DNA of 64,000 bases from a candidate division WOR-3 bacterium (GTDB lineage: Bacteria; Hydrothermota; Tepidihabitantia; Tepidihabitantales; CAIPLT01): the NCBI GenBank assembly GCA_965649215.1, contig CBFGJZ010000006.1:3108-67107 (forward strand), in the 5' to 3' direction. This document shows positions 18,414 to 28,287 of this stretch, one piece after another. The position numbers were made by a program, and so were the translations under genes. The notes under the pieces are model-generated. The model made no database searches and was not told the origin of the DNA. It saw nothing but the letters and a program-made list of their open reading frames with translations. Every line of letters starts with the position of its first letter. Position 1 is the first letter of the stretch.

Positions 18414-19811
18414 ATGCCCAAACCTGCTGAAAAGAAAACTCCAATGCGAGAACAACCACCCCAAGAACGTATCAAGAATTTTAAAGAAGTACCTTATGGA
18501 TATTCAGAACAAGAAGCAATTTTAGAAGCGCAACGATGCTTACAATGTAAAAAACCATCTTGTGTGAAAGGCTGTCCGGTGGAAATTGATATTCCCGGAT
18601 TTATCAGTCGAATTGCCGAAAAAGACTTTAAGGGTGCTATAACAATTTTAAAGAAAAAGAATGTTTTACCAGCAATTTGTGGTCGAGTTTGTCCACAAGA
18701 AGATCAATGTGAAAAAGAATGTGTGCTGCGTAAGAAAATGGAACCTGTTGGCATCGGACGTTTAGAAAGATTTGCTGCGGATTGGGAAGCTCAAAGTGGT
18801 GTTACTGAAATTCCCCCGAAAATGCCACCGACCGGTAAAAAAGTAGCAGTAGTAGGTTCTGGACCAGCCGGTTTGGTTTTTGCGGGTGATCTTGTTCAAT
18901 TAGGACATGAGGTTACGATTTTTGAAGCATTACATAAAGCTGGTGGAGTATTAGTCTATGGCATTCCAGAATTTCGTCTGCCCAAAGCAATTGTGCAAAG
19001 AGAAGTTGAATACGTCCAAAATTTAGGTGTCAAACTGATAACCAGTTTTGTAGTTGGTAATACAAAAACCGTGGATGAATTGTTAGCCGATTTCGATGCG
19101 GTCTTTATTGGAACTGGTGCTGGATTACCTTGGTTTATGAATATCCCAGGTGAAAATCTTAATGGTATTTACTCTGCTAATGAATATCTGGTTCGGTCTA
19201 ATTTAATGAAAGCATATCTGTTTCCAGAATACGACACCCCGATTGTGCGTGGTCGTAGGGTAGCAACTATCGGCGGTGGTAATGTTGCAATGGACGCAGC
19301 TCGCACTGCCCTAAGATTGGGTGCAGAAAAATCAATGATTATTTATCGACGTAGTAAAACCGAAATGCCTGCTCGAATTGAAGAGATTCATCACGCTGAA
19401 GAAGAAGGTGTTGAGTTTGAATTCTTAACCCTACCCGTTAGATACTATGGTGATGCAAACGGTTGGGTTAAAGAAATGGAATGTTTACGAATGGAATTAG
19501 GTGAGCCCGATGCTTCGGGACGCCGAAAACCAATTGCGATACCGAACTCTGAATTTCGTATTCCAGTTGATACAGTTGTTGTTGCTATTGGTCAAAGTCC
19601 TAATCCTTTAATACCCCAAACCACACCGGATTTAGCAGTTGGTAAACACGGAAATATCATTGCTGATGAAAGAACCGGGAGAACTACCAAAAAGGGTGTT
19701 TTTGCTGGCGGTGATATTGTGACCGGTGCTGCAACTGTCATTTTGGCAATGGGCGCAGGACGAATTGCTGCCCGCTCTTGTGACGAATATCTTCGAACTG
19801 GTATTTGGTGA
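18414..19811 (+). CDS. NfnB / GltD-like NAD(P)H-dependent oxidoreductase (glutamate synthase small-chain family)
   Basis: Two N-terminal Fe-S Cys clusters, FAD and NAD(P) Rossmann motifs (VAVVGSGPAG; ATIGGGNVAMD); 465 aa. Confidence 0.8.
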   Translation: MPKPAEKKTPMREQPPQERIKNFKEVPYGYSEQEAILEAQRCLQCKKPSCVKGCPVEIDIPGFISRIAEKDFKGAITILKKKNVLPAICGRVCPQEDQCEKECVLRKKMEPVGIGRLERFAADWEAQSGVTEIPPKMPPTGKKVAVVGSGPAGLVFAGDLVQLGHEVTIFEALHKAGGVLVYGIPEFRLPKAIVQREVEYVQNLGVKLITSFVVGNTKTVDELLADFDAVFIGTGAGLPWFMNIPGENLNGIYSANEYLVRSNLMKAYLFPEYDTPIVRGRRVATIGGGNVAMDAARTALRLGAEKSMIIYRRSKTEMPARIEEIHHAEEEGVEFEFLTLPVRYYGDANGWVKEMECLRMELGEPDASGRRKPIAIPNSEFRIPVDTVVVAIGQSPNPLIPQTTPDLAVGKHGNIIADERTGRTTKKGVFAGGDIVTGAATVILAMGAGRIAARSCDEYLRTGIW

Positions 19812-19854
19812 TATAAAAGTTTTAAGCTAATCTCTAATATTTAAGGAGGAAATT

Positions 19855-20097
19855 ATGAATGCAACAGCTTATATCTTAATAACTGTTGCTCATGGTACTG
19901 CTAAAAAAGTATATGAGCAATTATCCAAAATTAAAGAAATTACCCATGTTCATGCTATCTCTGGACCATATGATCTTATTGCAATGATTCAAGCCAGTGA
20001 TTTTAATACCATTGGGAATATCATTGTTGACAAAATCCAACCTATTGATGGTATCGAACGAACGTTAACTTGTAATGTGATCCAATTTGAACAATAA
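19855..20097 (+). CDS. Stand-alone Lrp/AsnC-type ligand-binding (RAM) domain protein
   Basis: 80 aa; βαββαβ-type RAM-domain-like sequence (ILITVAHG…VHAISGPYDLIAMIQA); strong RBS AAGGAGGA. Confidence 0.55.
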   Translation: MNATAYILITVAHGTAKKVYEQLSKIKEITHVHAISGPYDLIAMIQASDFNTIGNIIVDKIQPIDGIERTLTCNVIQFEQ

Positions 20098-20148
20098 CAC
20101 ATTATTTTGAGGTCAAATACTTCATAATACAACATTTAGTAGTAAATG

Positions 20149-20177
20149 TTGACTAATTAGCTTATTTATGGTAATAT
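20149..20177 (+). promoter_or_regulatory. Sigma-70-like promoter for gdhA (-35 TTGACT, 17-nt spacer, -10 TAATAT)
   Basis: Read directly; 66 nt upstream of the gdhA ATG. Confidence 0.5.
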
Positions 20178-20243
20178 TTTATTTAATTTAGAGGCGAGGA
20201 AAATTATTTATATTAAATTCGAAATAGAGAGAAGGAGTAAAAT

Positions 20244-21584
20244 ATGAGTGATAAAATAAACGCCTTTATGGAATATGTTAAGGCAAAAAACCCAAATGAA
20301 CCGGAATTTCATCAAGCCGTGTTTGAAGTAGTATCATCAATAATGCCTTTTGTCGAAAAGCATCCAAAATACGAAAAGGCTAAAATCCTACAAAGAATGG
20401 TTGAACCTGAGCGAGTAATAATCTTTCGAGTACCGTGGATTGATGATAAAGGAGAAATACAAGTAAATCGTGGTTATCGTATTCAAATGAACAGTGCAAT
20501 CGGTCCTTACAAAGGTGGTTTACGTTTTCATAAATCAGTCAATCTCAGTATCTTAAAGTTCCTTGCTTTTGAACAAGTCTTTAAGAATGCCCTAACAACC
20601 TTACCGATGGGGGGAGGCAAAGGGGGAAGTGATTTTGACCCAACCGGCAAATCAGAAAATGAAATTATGCGATTCTGTCAATCCTTTATGAATGAACTAT
20701 TCCGACATATTGGCGCCGACACTGATGTTCCCGCAGGTGATATTGGGGTCGGTACTCGAGAAATCGGATACCTCTTTGGACAATATAAGAAACTTCGTAA
20801 TGAGTTTACCGGTGTTTTAACCGGTAAAAGTCCTTATTGGGGCGGTAGTTTAATTCGTCCTGAAGCAACTGGTTATGGTTTAGTCTATTTTGCTCAAGAA
20901 ATGCTCAAAACTAAAGGAATGAGTTTCGAAGGTAAAACTGTTGCAGTCTCAGGATTTGGTAATGTTGCCTGGGGTGCAGTTCAAAAAGTAAATGATTTAG
21001 GTGGTAAAGTAGTTACTTTATCAGGACCGGACGGCTTTATCTATGACCCCGATGGCGTTAAAGGTGAAAAAGTAGATTTTATGTTAGAAATGAGAGCGAG
21101 TAATCGAGACCAAGTTAAAGATTATGCGGATAAATTCAAGGTTAAGTTTTTCCCAGGCAAGAAAGCATGGAGTGTTAAATGTGATATTGCTCTTCCATGT
21201 GCGACCCAGAATGAAATTTATGAAGAAGATGCCTTAGAATTAGTTAAAAATGGCTGTATTTGTGTTGCCGAAGGCGCCAATATGCCAAGTCGCCCTGAAG
21301 CGATCGATGTTTTCTTAAAAGCAAAAATTCTTTTTGCACCTGGTAAAGCTGCTAATGCTGGTGGGGTATCAGTGAGTGGTTTAGAAATGACCCAAAACAG
21401 TATGCGTCTAAATTGGAGTCGGGAAGAAGTTGATAAAAAATTACAAACGATAATGAAAGATATTCATGAACAGTGCGTTAAATATGGTAAACAAGCTGAT
21501 GGTTTTGTTAATTATGTGGAAGGTGCAAATATCAGTGGCTTCATCAAAGTTGCAGAAGCAATGTTAGCACAAGGTGTAGTATAA
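20244..21584 (+). CDS. gdhA: NADP-specific glutamate dehydrogenase
   Basis: KGGLRFH, GGGKGG and GFGNVAWG motifs; 446 aa. Confidence 0.9.
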   Translation: MSDKINAFMEYVKAKNPNEPEFHQAVFEVVSSIMPFVEKHPKYEKAKILQRMVEPERVIIFRVPWIDDKGEIQVNRGYRIQMNSAIGPYKGGLRFHKSVNLSILKFLAFEQVFKNALTTLPMGGGKGGSDFDPTGKSENEIMRFCQSFMNELFRHIGADTDVPAGDIGVGTREIGYLFGQYKKLRNEFTGVLTGKSPYWGGSLIRPEATGYGLVYFAQEMLKTKGMSFEGKTVAVSGFGNVAWGAVQKVNDLGGKVVTLSGPDGFIYDPDGVKGEKVDFMLEMRASNRDQVKDYADKFKVKFFPGKKAWSVKCDIALPCATQNEIYEEDALELVKNGCICVAEGANMPSRPEAIDVFLKAKILFAPGKAANAGGVSVSGLEMTQNSMRLNWSREEVDKKLQTIMKDIHEQCVKYGKQADGFVNYVEGANISGFIKVAEAMLAQGVV

Positions 21585-21607
21585 TAACTATTAATCTCTT
21601 AATATGC

Positions 21608-21638
21608 AGGGCATCTTAACGAGATGCCCTTTTATTTA
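21608..21638 (+). terminator. Rho-independent terminator after gdhA
   Basis: agggcatct-taacg-agatgccct 9-bp stem followed by TTTATTTACTT. Confidence 0.7.
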
Positions 21639-21670
21639 CTTAGAAAGGAAAATCTTTTATAATATCTTAG

Positions 21671-22636
21671 ATGGTAAAAGCAATTGGATTAATTTCTGGC
21701 GGTTTAGATAGCATTCTAGCCGTAAGAATGATTTTAGAGCAAAATATCCAAGTGATTGGAGTGTGCTTTACCTCGCCATTTTTTGATAATTCTCAAACCG
21801 TACAAGAAATCTGTAAAAAGTTACAAATCAAATTAAAAATTATTAAATGTGGAACAGACTATATTGAAATAATCAAACATCCCCGTTACGGTTATGGAAA
21901 AAACTTAAATCCTTGTATTGATTGTCATGCTTATATGCTAAAAAAAGCTCGACAAGTAATGACACAAGAAAATGCAGATTTTGTTTTTACTGGTGAAGTT
22001 CTTAATGAACGTCCGATGTCGCAAAATCGGCAAGCTCTCTCTAACATTGAACGATTAGCCGGTTTAACTGGTCGCCTATTAAGACCTTTATCTGCAAAAT
22101 TATTAGAGATAACTATTCCTGAACAAATGAATTTAGTTGATCGATCAAAGCTTGGCCAAATCAGTGGTCGCTCTCGCAAACCCCAATTATTATTAGCAAA
22201 ATATTATAGCATTGAGGAAATACCCCAGCCGGCTGGCGGATGTTTACTTACTGATCCTAATTACAGTAAACGCCTAAAAGATGCTTTATCTCATCATGAA
22301 GAAACTTTTGATGATTTTGAATTATTAAAAATTGGACGCCATTTCCGCTTGCCGGATGGTGCAAAAATCATTGTTGGTCGTAATCAATCAGAAAATGAGC
22401 GGTTACTAAAATTAACTAATAAAGCAGATCTGATAATTGAACCAAGTGAAACTACTGGGCCGCTGGTATTGGTTTTTAATAGTAAAGATCGTGAACAAGC
22501 GAAAAATTTTGCAGTTGGCTTATGTTCCTATTATAGTGATAAAAATAACACAAATCTTGTCAAAGTCAAAGTTAACAGTATAATAATTGAAGCACACCCA
22601 ATAAGTAAGAAACTTATTGAGCAAATGCGAATTTAA
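21671..22636 (+). CDS. PP-loop superfamily ATPase, MnmA/ThiI-like probable tRNA/sulfur-transfer enzyme (paralogue of mnmA)
   Basis: SGGLDS PP-loop at N-terminus; NPCIDCH motif analogous to MnmA NPCxxCN; 321 aa. Confidence 0.5.
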   Translation: MVKAIGLISGGLDSILAVRMILEQNIQVIGVCFTSPFFDNSQTVQEICKKLQIKLKIIKCGTDYIEIIKHPRYGYGKNLNPCIDCHAYMLKKARQVMTQENADFVFTGEVLNERPMSQNRQALSNIERLAGLTGRLLRPLSAKLLEITIPEQMNLVDRSKLGQISGRSRKPQLLLAKYYSIEEIPQPAGGCLLTDPNYSKRLKDALSHHEETFDDFELLKIGRHFRLPDGAKIIVGRNQSENERLLKLTNKADLIIEPSETTGPLVLVFNSKDREQAKNFAVGLCSYYSDKNNTNLVKVKVNSIIIEAHPISKKLIEQMRI

Positions 22637-22651
22637 TTAGAAGGAGCAATC

Positions 22652-22891
22652 ATGACCGAAGAAATAAAACAAAAAGTCAAAGAAATTATTGATAACACCA
22701 TCCGGTCCAGTCTTAAAGCAGATGGTGGTAATATTGAACTAGTGGAAATAACGGACAGTGGAATTGTTCGGGTTAAATTACAAGGTGCCTGCGCTACTTG
22801 CCCTTTTTCTCAATTAACGATGGCAATGGGAGTTGAACGAACCATTAAAGAGGCAATTCCTGAAATTGAACGAGTTGAATTAGCAGAATAA
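22652..22891 (+). CDS. NifU/Nfu C-terminal-domain Fe-S cluster carrier protein
   Basis: 79 aa; CxxC (GACATCP) motif characteristic of the Nfu domain. Confidence 0.75.
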   Translation: MTEEIKQKVKEIIDNTIRSSLKADGGNIELVEITDSGIVRVKLQGACATCPFSQLTMAMGVERTIKEAIPEIERVELAE

Positions 22892-22902
22892 TTGATAAGG
22901 CT

Positions 22903-23916
22903 ATGTCGAAAAAAGTTATTACCAGTGGTATGAGACCAACCGGTAGTTTACATTTAGGTAATCTACACGGAGCTTTAGAAAATTGGATAAAGTTACAAGA
23001 TCAATATAATTGTTTTTATTTTATTGTTGATTGGCATTCGTTGACAACACCTGGTTCAATAAATTCAGCTGGTTATCAATATCCCGAACATTTGGCAAAT
23101 AATGTCTATCAAATGGCATTGGATTGGTTAAGTGCGGGGCTTGATCCACAAAAAGCTACTATTTTTGTTCAATCTCATGTTCCCCAAGTTGCTGAGTTAT
23201 TTTTACTATTAAGTATGATTACCCCCCTTGGTTGGTTAGAACGAAATCCGACTTATCGAGAAATGCTTGAAGATTATAAAATTGAATACCCAAGTTTTGG
23301 CCTTTTAGGTTATCCGACCCTACAAGCAGCCGATATTTTAATTTATAAAGGTGAATTAGTACCTGTTGGTAAAGATCAAGAATCCCATGTTAATCTCTCT
23401 CGTGATATTGCCGGTCGTTTTAATAATCTCTATGGCAAAAATGTCTTTCCTTTACCAGAACCTTTACTAACTGAAACCCCGAAAATACCCCGTTTAGATG
23501 ATGTTAATAAAAAGATGAGTAAAAGTGGTGGTAACTATATCGCAATCGCTCATAGTGAAGAAGAAACAGTCAATCGAATTAAAAATATGTTTACCGACCC
23601 GGTTAAAATTCGTAAAAACGATAAAGGACACCCTGATGGATGCGTTGTTTTTGCTTTTCATAAAATTTACAATAAGGCGGAAATCAATGTTGTTCGTACA
23701 GAATGTGAAGCAGGCGAACGAGGCTGTGTTGATTGTAAAATGGAACTTGCTGGAAAAATGAATAATGCTTTGCTACCAATTCGAAATCGCCGTAAAGAAT
23801 TAGCTGCCCAACCGCAAACAATAAAGGAAATCTTAAATAATGGAGCGCAGAAAGCACGGTTAGTTGCTCAAAATACACTTGAAGAAGTAAAAGAAATTAT
23901 GAAGCTCAATTATTAA
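22903..23916 (+). CDS. trpS: Tryptophan--tRNA ligase
   Basis: Class I HIGH-like (GSLHLGN) and KMSKS motifs; 337 aa. Confidence 0.9.
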   Translation: MSKKVITSGMRPTGSLHLGNLHGALENWIKLQDQYNCFYFIVDWHSLTTPGSINSAGYQYPEHLANNVYQMALDWLSAGLDPQKATIFVQSHVPQVAELFLLLSMITPLGWLERNPTYREMLEDYKIEYPSFGLLGYPTLQAADILIYKGELVPVGKDQESHVNLSRDIAGRFNNLYGKNVFPLPEPLLTETPKIPRLDDVNKKMSKSGGNYIAIAHSEEETVNRIKNMFTDPVKIRKNDKGHPDGCVVFAFHKIYNKAEINVVRTECEAGERGCVDCKMELAGKMNNALLPIRNRRKELAAQPQTIKEILNNGAQKARLVAQNTLEEVKEIMKLNY

Positions 23917-23920
23917 GAGC

Positions 23921-25468
23921 ATGTTAGATGTTTATACTTTTTTTATTAAAGAATTTAGAAAGCTATTAGACTTTAAATCTCCTTCGAATCGCTATTTTTT
24001 ACCTCGTCCTTATCGAAATAGTGCGGTGCAATTCCGAAAGTGTCGGATTGAAGATTACGAAGAACGAGTAGAAATTTTAGAATCAGTTGGTCTTAATGCA
24101 TTCTTTTTCCCTGCGCAAAAAATTCCCGGCTGTGATTTATTATCTGATTCAGGAACTACAACTATGACTATTGAGCAATGGTCTCAACTGTTATTAGGTG
24201 ATGAAGCTTATGGTGCCAATGAGGGTTATTTTGAACTCAAAGAACAAATTGTTAAGACTTTTGGACAAGATTGGCGTCAATCTGTACCTCAAATCGAAAA
24301 TATGTTTATCTTTCATCAAGGTCGTGCTGCTGAATATGCTCTTTTTTCACAACTTGCTTATCTATTGAAACAACAAGGACATAATTTAACAGAAATAATC
24401 ATTCCTAGTAACTCCCATTTTGATACAACACAAGCAAACATTGAAAATCAACAAATGATCGCACTTAACCTGCCCTGTCAAGAGCACCTTACTAACAACG
24501 AACAATATCCCTTTCGTGGTAACATCGATCTGAAACGACTTGAAGAGTACTTAGAACAAAAAAGTTCCCAGATTCCGCTTGTTTATCTTACTATCACCAA
24601 TAATACTGTTGGTGGTCAACCTGTCTCAATGGCTAATATTCGACAGACACGAGAAATCACCCAGCGTTACCAAATTCCATTGTTCTTAGATGCAAGCCGT
24701 TTTGCTGAAAATGCTTGGTTTATTAAGCATAAAGAAGCAGGATACCACTTAAAGACTATTCAAGAAATTATTTATGAGATGTTTCAATATTGCGATGGTT
24801 TTCATGCTAGTTTTAAAAAAGATGGTTTAGTGAATATCGGGGGTATGTTAGTCATAAAACCTGATGGATTATTCTCCCAAAAATATCCTCACTTTTGGCA
24901 AAGACTAATCGACCATCAAATTCTTATTGAAGGTAATCCTTCGTATGGTGGTTTAGCAGGACGGGATCTCAAAGCATTAGTACAAGGTTTAAAAACAGTA
25001 GTTAATGAAGATTATTTGACATATCGAATTAGACAAGTAGAAAAATTTGGCAATAAATTAATTGAATACAATATTCCAATTATCCGACCAATCGGTGGTC
25101 ATGCAATTTATATTGATGTCGATAAATTTTTTAATACAAAACGGGCAGATGAAGATTTTTTAGGTATTAGTTTAACCGCCCTGATGTTAATTGCTGGTCA
25201 TCGATTATGTGAACTTGGGTTATATGCTTTTGGAAAGTATCGAAATGGTCAAGAAATTTTGCCGACGCCAAGAGTTAATTATGTTCGCGCTGCAATACCA
25301 CGCTTAGTCTATGAAGATCAGGATTTATTAGCAGTTGCTGAAGCAATCAAAATTTTATATAACAATCAAGATAATATCCCTGGTGTAGAAGTTATTTATG
25401 GTCGTGAATTACCTCTTCGCCATTTCAAATCAAGATTTAAATTTAAAGCAATCTTTTGCCTTTTTTGA
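23921..25468 (+). CDS. tnaA: Tryptophanase / beta-eliminating lyase family (TnaA/tyrosine phenol-lyase-like), PLP-dependent, with ~45-aa N-terminal extension
   Basis: DLLSDSGTT and GDEAY motifs matching the tryptophanase family; 515 aa. Confidence 0.65.
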   Translation: MLDVYTFFIKEFRKLLDFKSPSNRYFLPRPYRNSAVQFRKCRIEDYEERVEILESVGLNAFFFPAQKIPGCDLLSDSGTTTMTIEQWSQLLLGDEAYGANEGYFELKEQIVKTFGQDWRQSVPQIENMFIFHQGRAAEYALFSQLAYLLKQQGHNLTEIIIPSNSHFDTTQANIENQQMIALNLPCQEHLTNNEQYPFRGNIDLKRLEEYLEQKSSQIPLVYLTITNNTVGGQPVSMANIRQTREITQRYQIPLFLDASRFAENAWFIKHKEAGYHLKTIQEIIYEMFQYCDGFHASFKKDGLVNIGGMLVIKPDGLFSQKYPHFWQRLIDHQILIEGNPSYGGLAGRDLKALVQGLKTVVNEDYLTYRIRQVEKFGNKLIEYNIPIIRPIGGHAIYIDVDKFFNTKRADEDFLGISLTALMLIAGHRLCELGLYAFGKYRNGQEILPTPRVNYVRAAIPRLVYEDQDLLAVAEAIKILYNNQDNIPGVEVIYGRELPLRHFKSRFKFKAIFCLF

Positions 25469-26933
25469 AGACTGCAATAATTTTATTATCTGTTGTAGCA
25501 AGGGGATCTTTTTCTAAAACAATAAAATCAGCATCTGCGCCGATTGATAATGACCCGATCCGATTTTCTGCTTGAATTGCATAAGCACCATTACAAGTAA
25601 ACATTTTTAGTGCTTCTTGTAAAGTTATACTGTGTTCAGGATTAGGCATGTTCGCCGCAGTGCTAATACCTAACAAAGGATTAATCGGAGTAATTGGAGC
25701 ATCTGAACCACCAGCGATTATTATACCCTTTTCAATTAATTTTCGGTAGGGATTAGTATTCTGCCATCTTTGTCCTAATCGTTCTGCATACATTTTATTA
25801 GGGCCACCCCAATAAAATTCAAATGCGGGTTGCACACAGATTATTAAATTCAGTTTGCTTATTTCATCAATTAAAGCATCGGTTAGTAATTCACAATGCT
25901 CAATACGATGACGATTATGATTATCTTTAAGACAATGTTTTACAACTTTGATAACTTGTTTAATTGCTCGATCACCAATTGCATGAACCGCAGTCTGTAA
26001 ATTATTCGTATCAGCGTTTAGATAAAATTCTTCTAATTCCTGATCAGAATAATATAAGATACCATAATGATTGGGTTTGTCAGCATAAGGTTCATTAAGT
26101 GCTGCAGTATGAGAACCAAACGAACCGTCAATAAGAATACACCCACCAATTCTAGGCAAATTTAATCTTTGCACTCTTTGGATATCTCGAGTTTGATAAA
26201 AGGGAATTACTTCAATCGGTAATCTTGATGAATTAGCGACTAAAAGCTCGCAGGTAAGATTGTCAAGTTCTGAACCTACCATTGTCACCATCGTAGTAAC
26301 TCCCTGTTGAATTGCCAATTCTGAAGCCTTAAAAAATGATTCAATTCTTAATGCTGGATCAATTTTTTTTATAAAGATGCGGCTTGCTAATTCAAATACT
26401 TCACCACGTAAAACACCGGTCGGCTCTTTATATTGATCAACTTCAATGCCACTTTGAGAAGAATCACCATAATTTGTTAAAACTTCATTTAAGCCAGAGC
26501 TATTAAGTACTGCAGAATGCCCATCAATACGATATATTAAAATGGGATATTTTTTGAGAATTTTATCTAATTCCTTTTTTGTTGGATACCGTTTTTCTTT
26601 AATATTATCAGGGTCAAAATTATACACAATAAGATATTTAAGTTCTTGTGCTAAATTGTAGGCAGCAAAAACTCTGTCAAATAATTCTTCTAAAGATTGA
26701 ATATCAGAGACTTCGGGAAATATTTTTTGTAACCCAACTCCTAAAATATGAGTGTGTGAATCAATAAAACCCGGCATTATATAATTATCAGAAAAGGATA
26801 TTTTATCTAATAAAGAGGGGAGAGCTGTTGATGAAAGTTCTTTAATCATGCCATCATCAATTAGCATCCAATGATACACATCATTATTTTTGTTAATACT
26901 ATATATTTTTTTAGCAGTTACTAAATATTTCAT
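25443..26933 (-). CDS. Amidohydrolase-family metal-dependent hydrolase
   Basis: N-terminal PGFIDSHTH metal-binding motif; 496 aa; 3' end overlaps tnaA convergently. Confidence 0.7.
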   Translation of the reverse strand: MKYLVTAKKIYSINKNNDVYHWMLIDDGMIKELSSTALPSLLDKISFSDNYIMPGFIDSHTHILGVGLQKIFPEVSDIQSLEELFDRVFAAYNLAQELKYLIVYNFDPDNIKEKRYPTKKELDKILKKYPILIYRIDGHSAVLNSSGLNEVLTNYGDSSQSGIEVDQYKEPTGVLRGEVFELASRIFIKKIDPALRIESFFKASELAIQQGVTTMVTMVGSELDNLTCELLVANSSRLPIEVIPFYQTRDIQRVQRLNLPRIGGCILIDGSFGSHTAALNEPYADKPNHYGILYYSDQELEEFYLNADTNNLQTAVHAIGDRAIKQVIKVVKHCLKDNHNRHRIEHCELLTDALIDEISKLNLIICVQPAFEFYWGGPNKMYAERLGQRWQNTNPYRKLIEKGIIIAGGSDAPITPINPLLGISTAANMPNPEHSITLQEALKMFTCNGAYAIQAENRIGSLSIGADADFIVLEKDPLATTDNKIIAVFKKGKRLL

Positions 26934-26940
26934 ATATTAT

Positions 26941-28287
26941 TTATTGTGCGACTATTTTAGCAATTGATTCAACATGATAAGTTTGTGGAAACATATCAAT
27001 GAGATGGTACTTATCTAATCGATATCGATATTTTTGAAATATTACTAGATCACGAGCAAAAGTTGCTGGATTACATGAAATATAAATAATTTTTTCTGGT
27101 CTCATTCTAATTATGTTGGTGAGTAACTTTTCCGAACAACCTTTACGAGGTGGATCAAGGATTATCGTGTCGATATCTTTGTAGTCTTGTATGACATTTT
27201 CTACTGATGAAGCAATAAATTCAATATTATTAATATTATTCAACTGAGCATTTTTTTGAGCATCATGAATTGCATCTGCATTTATCTCAATTCCGATTAC
27301 CTTTTTAGCTAATTCGCTTAACATAATCGCAAAAAAGCCAACTCCACAATACAAATCTAATAATCGATGCGCTGAAACTAAATATTCTTTAATGATATTG
27401 ACCATTTTTTTAGCCTGATCGACATTGACTTGAAAGAATGCCGAAGCTGAAATATTAAAAGTCTTGTCAAGAATCTTTTCTTGATAATAATTTTTGCCAT
27501 ATAAAATAATATTTTCTTTACCTAAAATACGATTCGTCCGTTCAGGATTAACATTTTGAATAATACTGACAATATTAGGAAATAAATTAGGTAAAAACTT
27601 ATATAAAAGAGGATTAATTGAATGAGTTCGGGTTACAAAAATTACTAAAACTTGATTGGTATTCATTCCTTGTCTAATTATAATATGTCGTAAATTGCCT
27701 TTATGTTTTTTTTCATTATAAATTGATTCCTTAATCTTATTAAGTTGTTTTCTTAAAGATTCTCGTATTTTATCAAATAAAGGTGGATGTAGTAAACATT
27801 GATCAATATTTATAACATTATGGCTAAATTTTTGATAAAAACCTATTCTCAGTGGCCGTTCACTCAGGGGATATTGGGTTTTATTACGATAGTGAAAAGG
27901 TTGTGACGATGATAGTGCTGGTAAATCTTTTAGATTCAGTTTACTAATTCGTTGGAGTGATTCAATGAAAAATTCTTGTTTAATTCTTAACTGATTTTCA
28001 TATTTAATATGTTGTAAGTCACATCCTCCGCAAACAGTAAAATATTGACAGGGGGGAGTTGTGCGGAAAGGGGACGGTTCGATTAGTTTATGAATGGTTG
28101 CTTTGTAGTATGTTTTTTTGCGCTCTTTAATTTTTAATTGGACATAATCAAGGGGTACGCCATATGGGACAAAGACTTTTATCCCATTATAATTACATAA
28201 ACCATACCCACCATAGACGATTTTATCAATTCTCGTTGTGAATGTGTTTGATGGATAGAGTTTTGCTTTTTGGGGGTGGTTTACCAA
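26941..28287 (-). CDS. rlmD: 23S rRNA (uracil-5)-methyltransferase RlmD/RumA family (TRAM + Fe-S + MTase)
   Basis: TRAM-like N-terminus, Cys cluster (CxxxxxxCGGC), SAM-MTase motifs (LDLYCGVG; DPPRKG). Confidence 0.75.
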   Translation of the reverse strand: MVNHPQKAKLYPSNTFTTRIDKIVYGGYGLCNYNGIKVFVPYGVPLDYVQLKIKERKKTYYKATIHKLIEPSPFRTTPPCQYFTVCGGCDLQHIKYENQLRIKQEFFIESLQRISKLNLKDLPALSSSQPFHYRNKTQYPLSERPLRIGFYQKFSHNVINIDQCLLHPPLFDKIRESLRKQLNKIKESIYNEKKHKGNLRHIIIRQGMNTNQVLVIFVTRTHSINPLLYKFLPNLFPNIVSIIQNVNPERTNRILGKENIILYGKNYYQEKILDKTFNISASAFFQVNVDQAKKMVNIIKEYLVSAHRLLDLYCGVGFFAIMLSELAKKVIGIEINADAIHDAQKNAQLNNINNIEFIASSVENVIQDYKDIDTIILDPPRKGCSEKLLTNIIRMRPEKIIYISCNPATFARDLVIFQKYRYRLDKYHLIDMFPQTYHVESIAKIVAQ

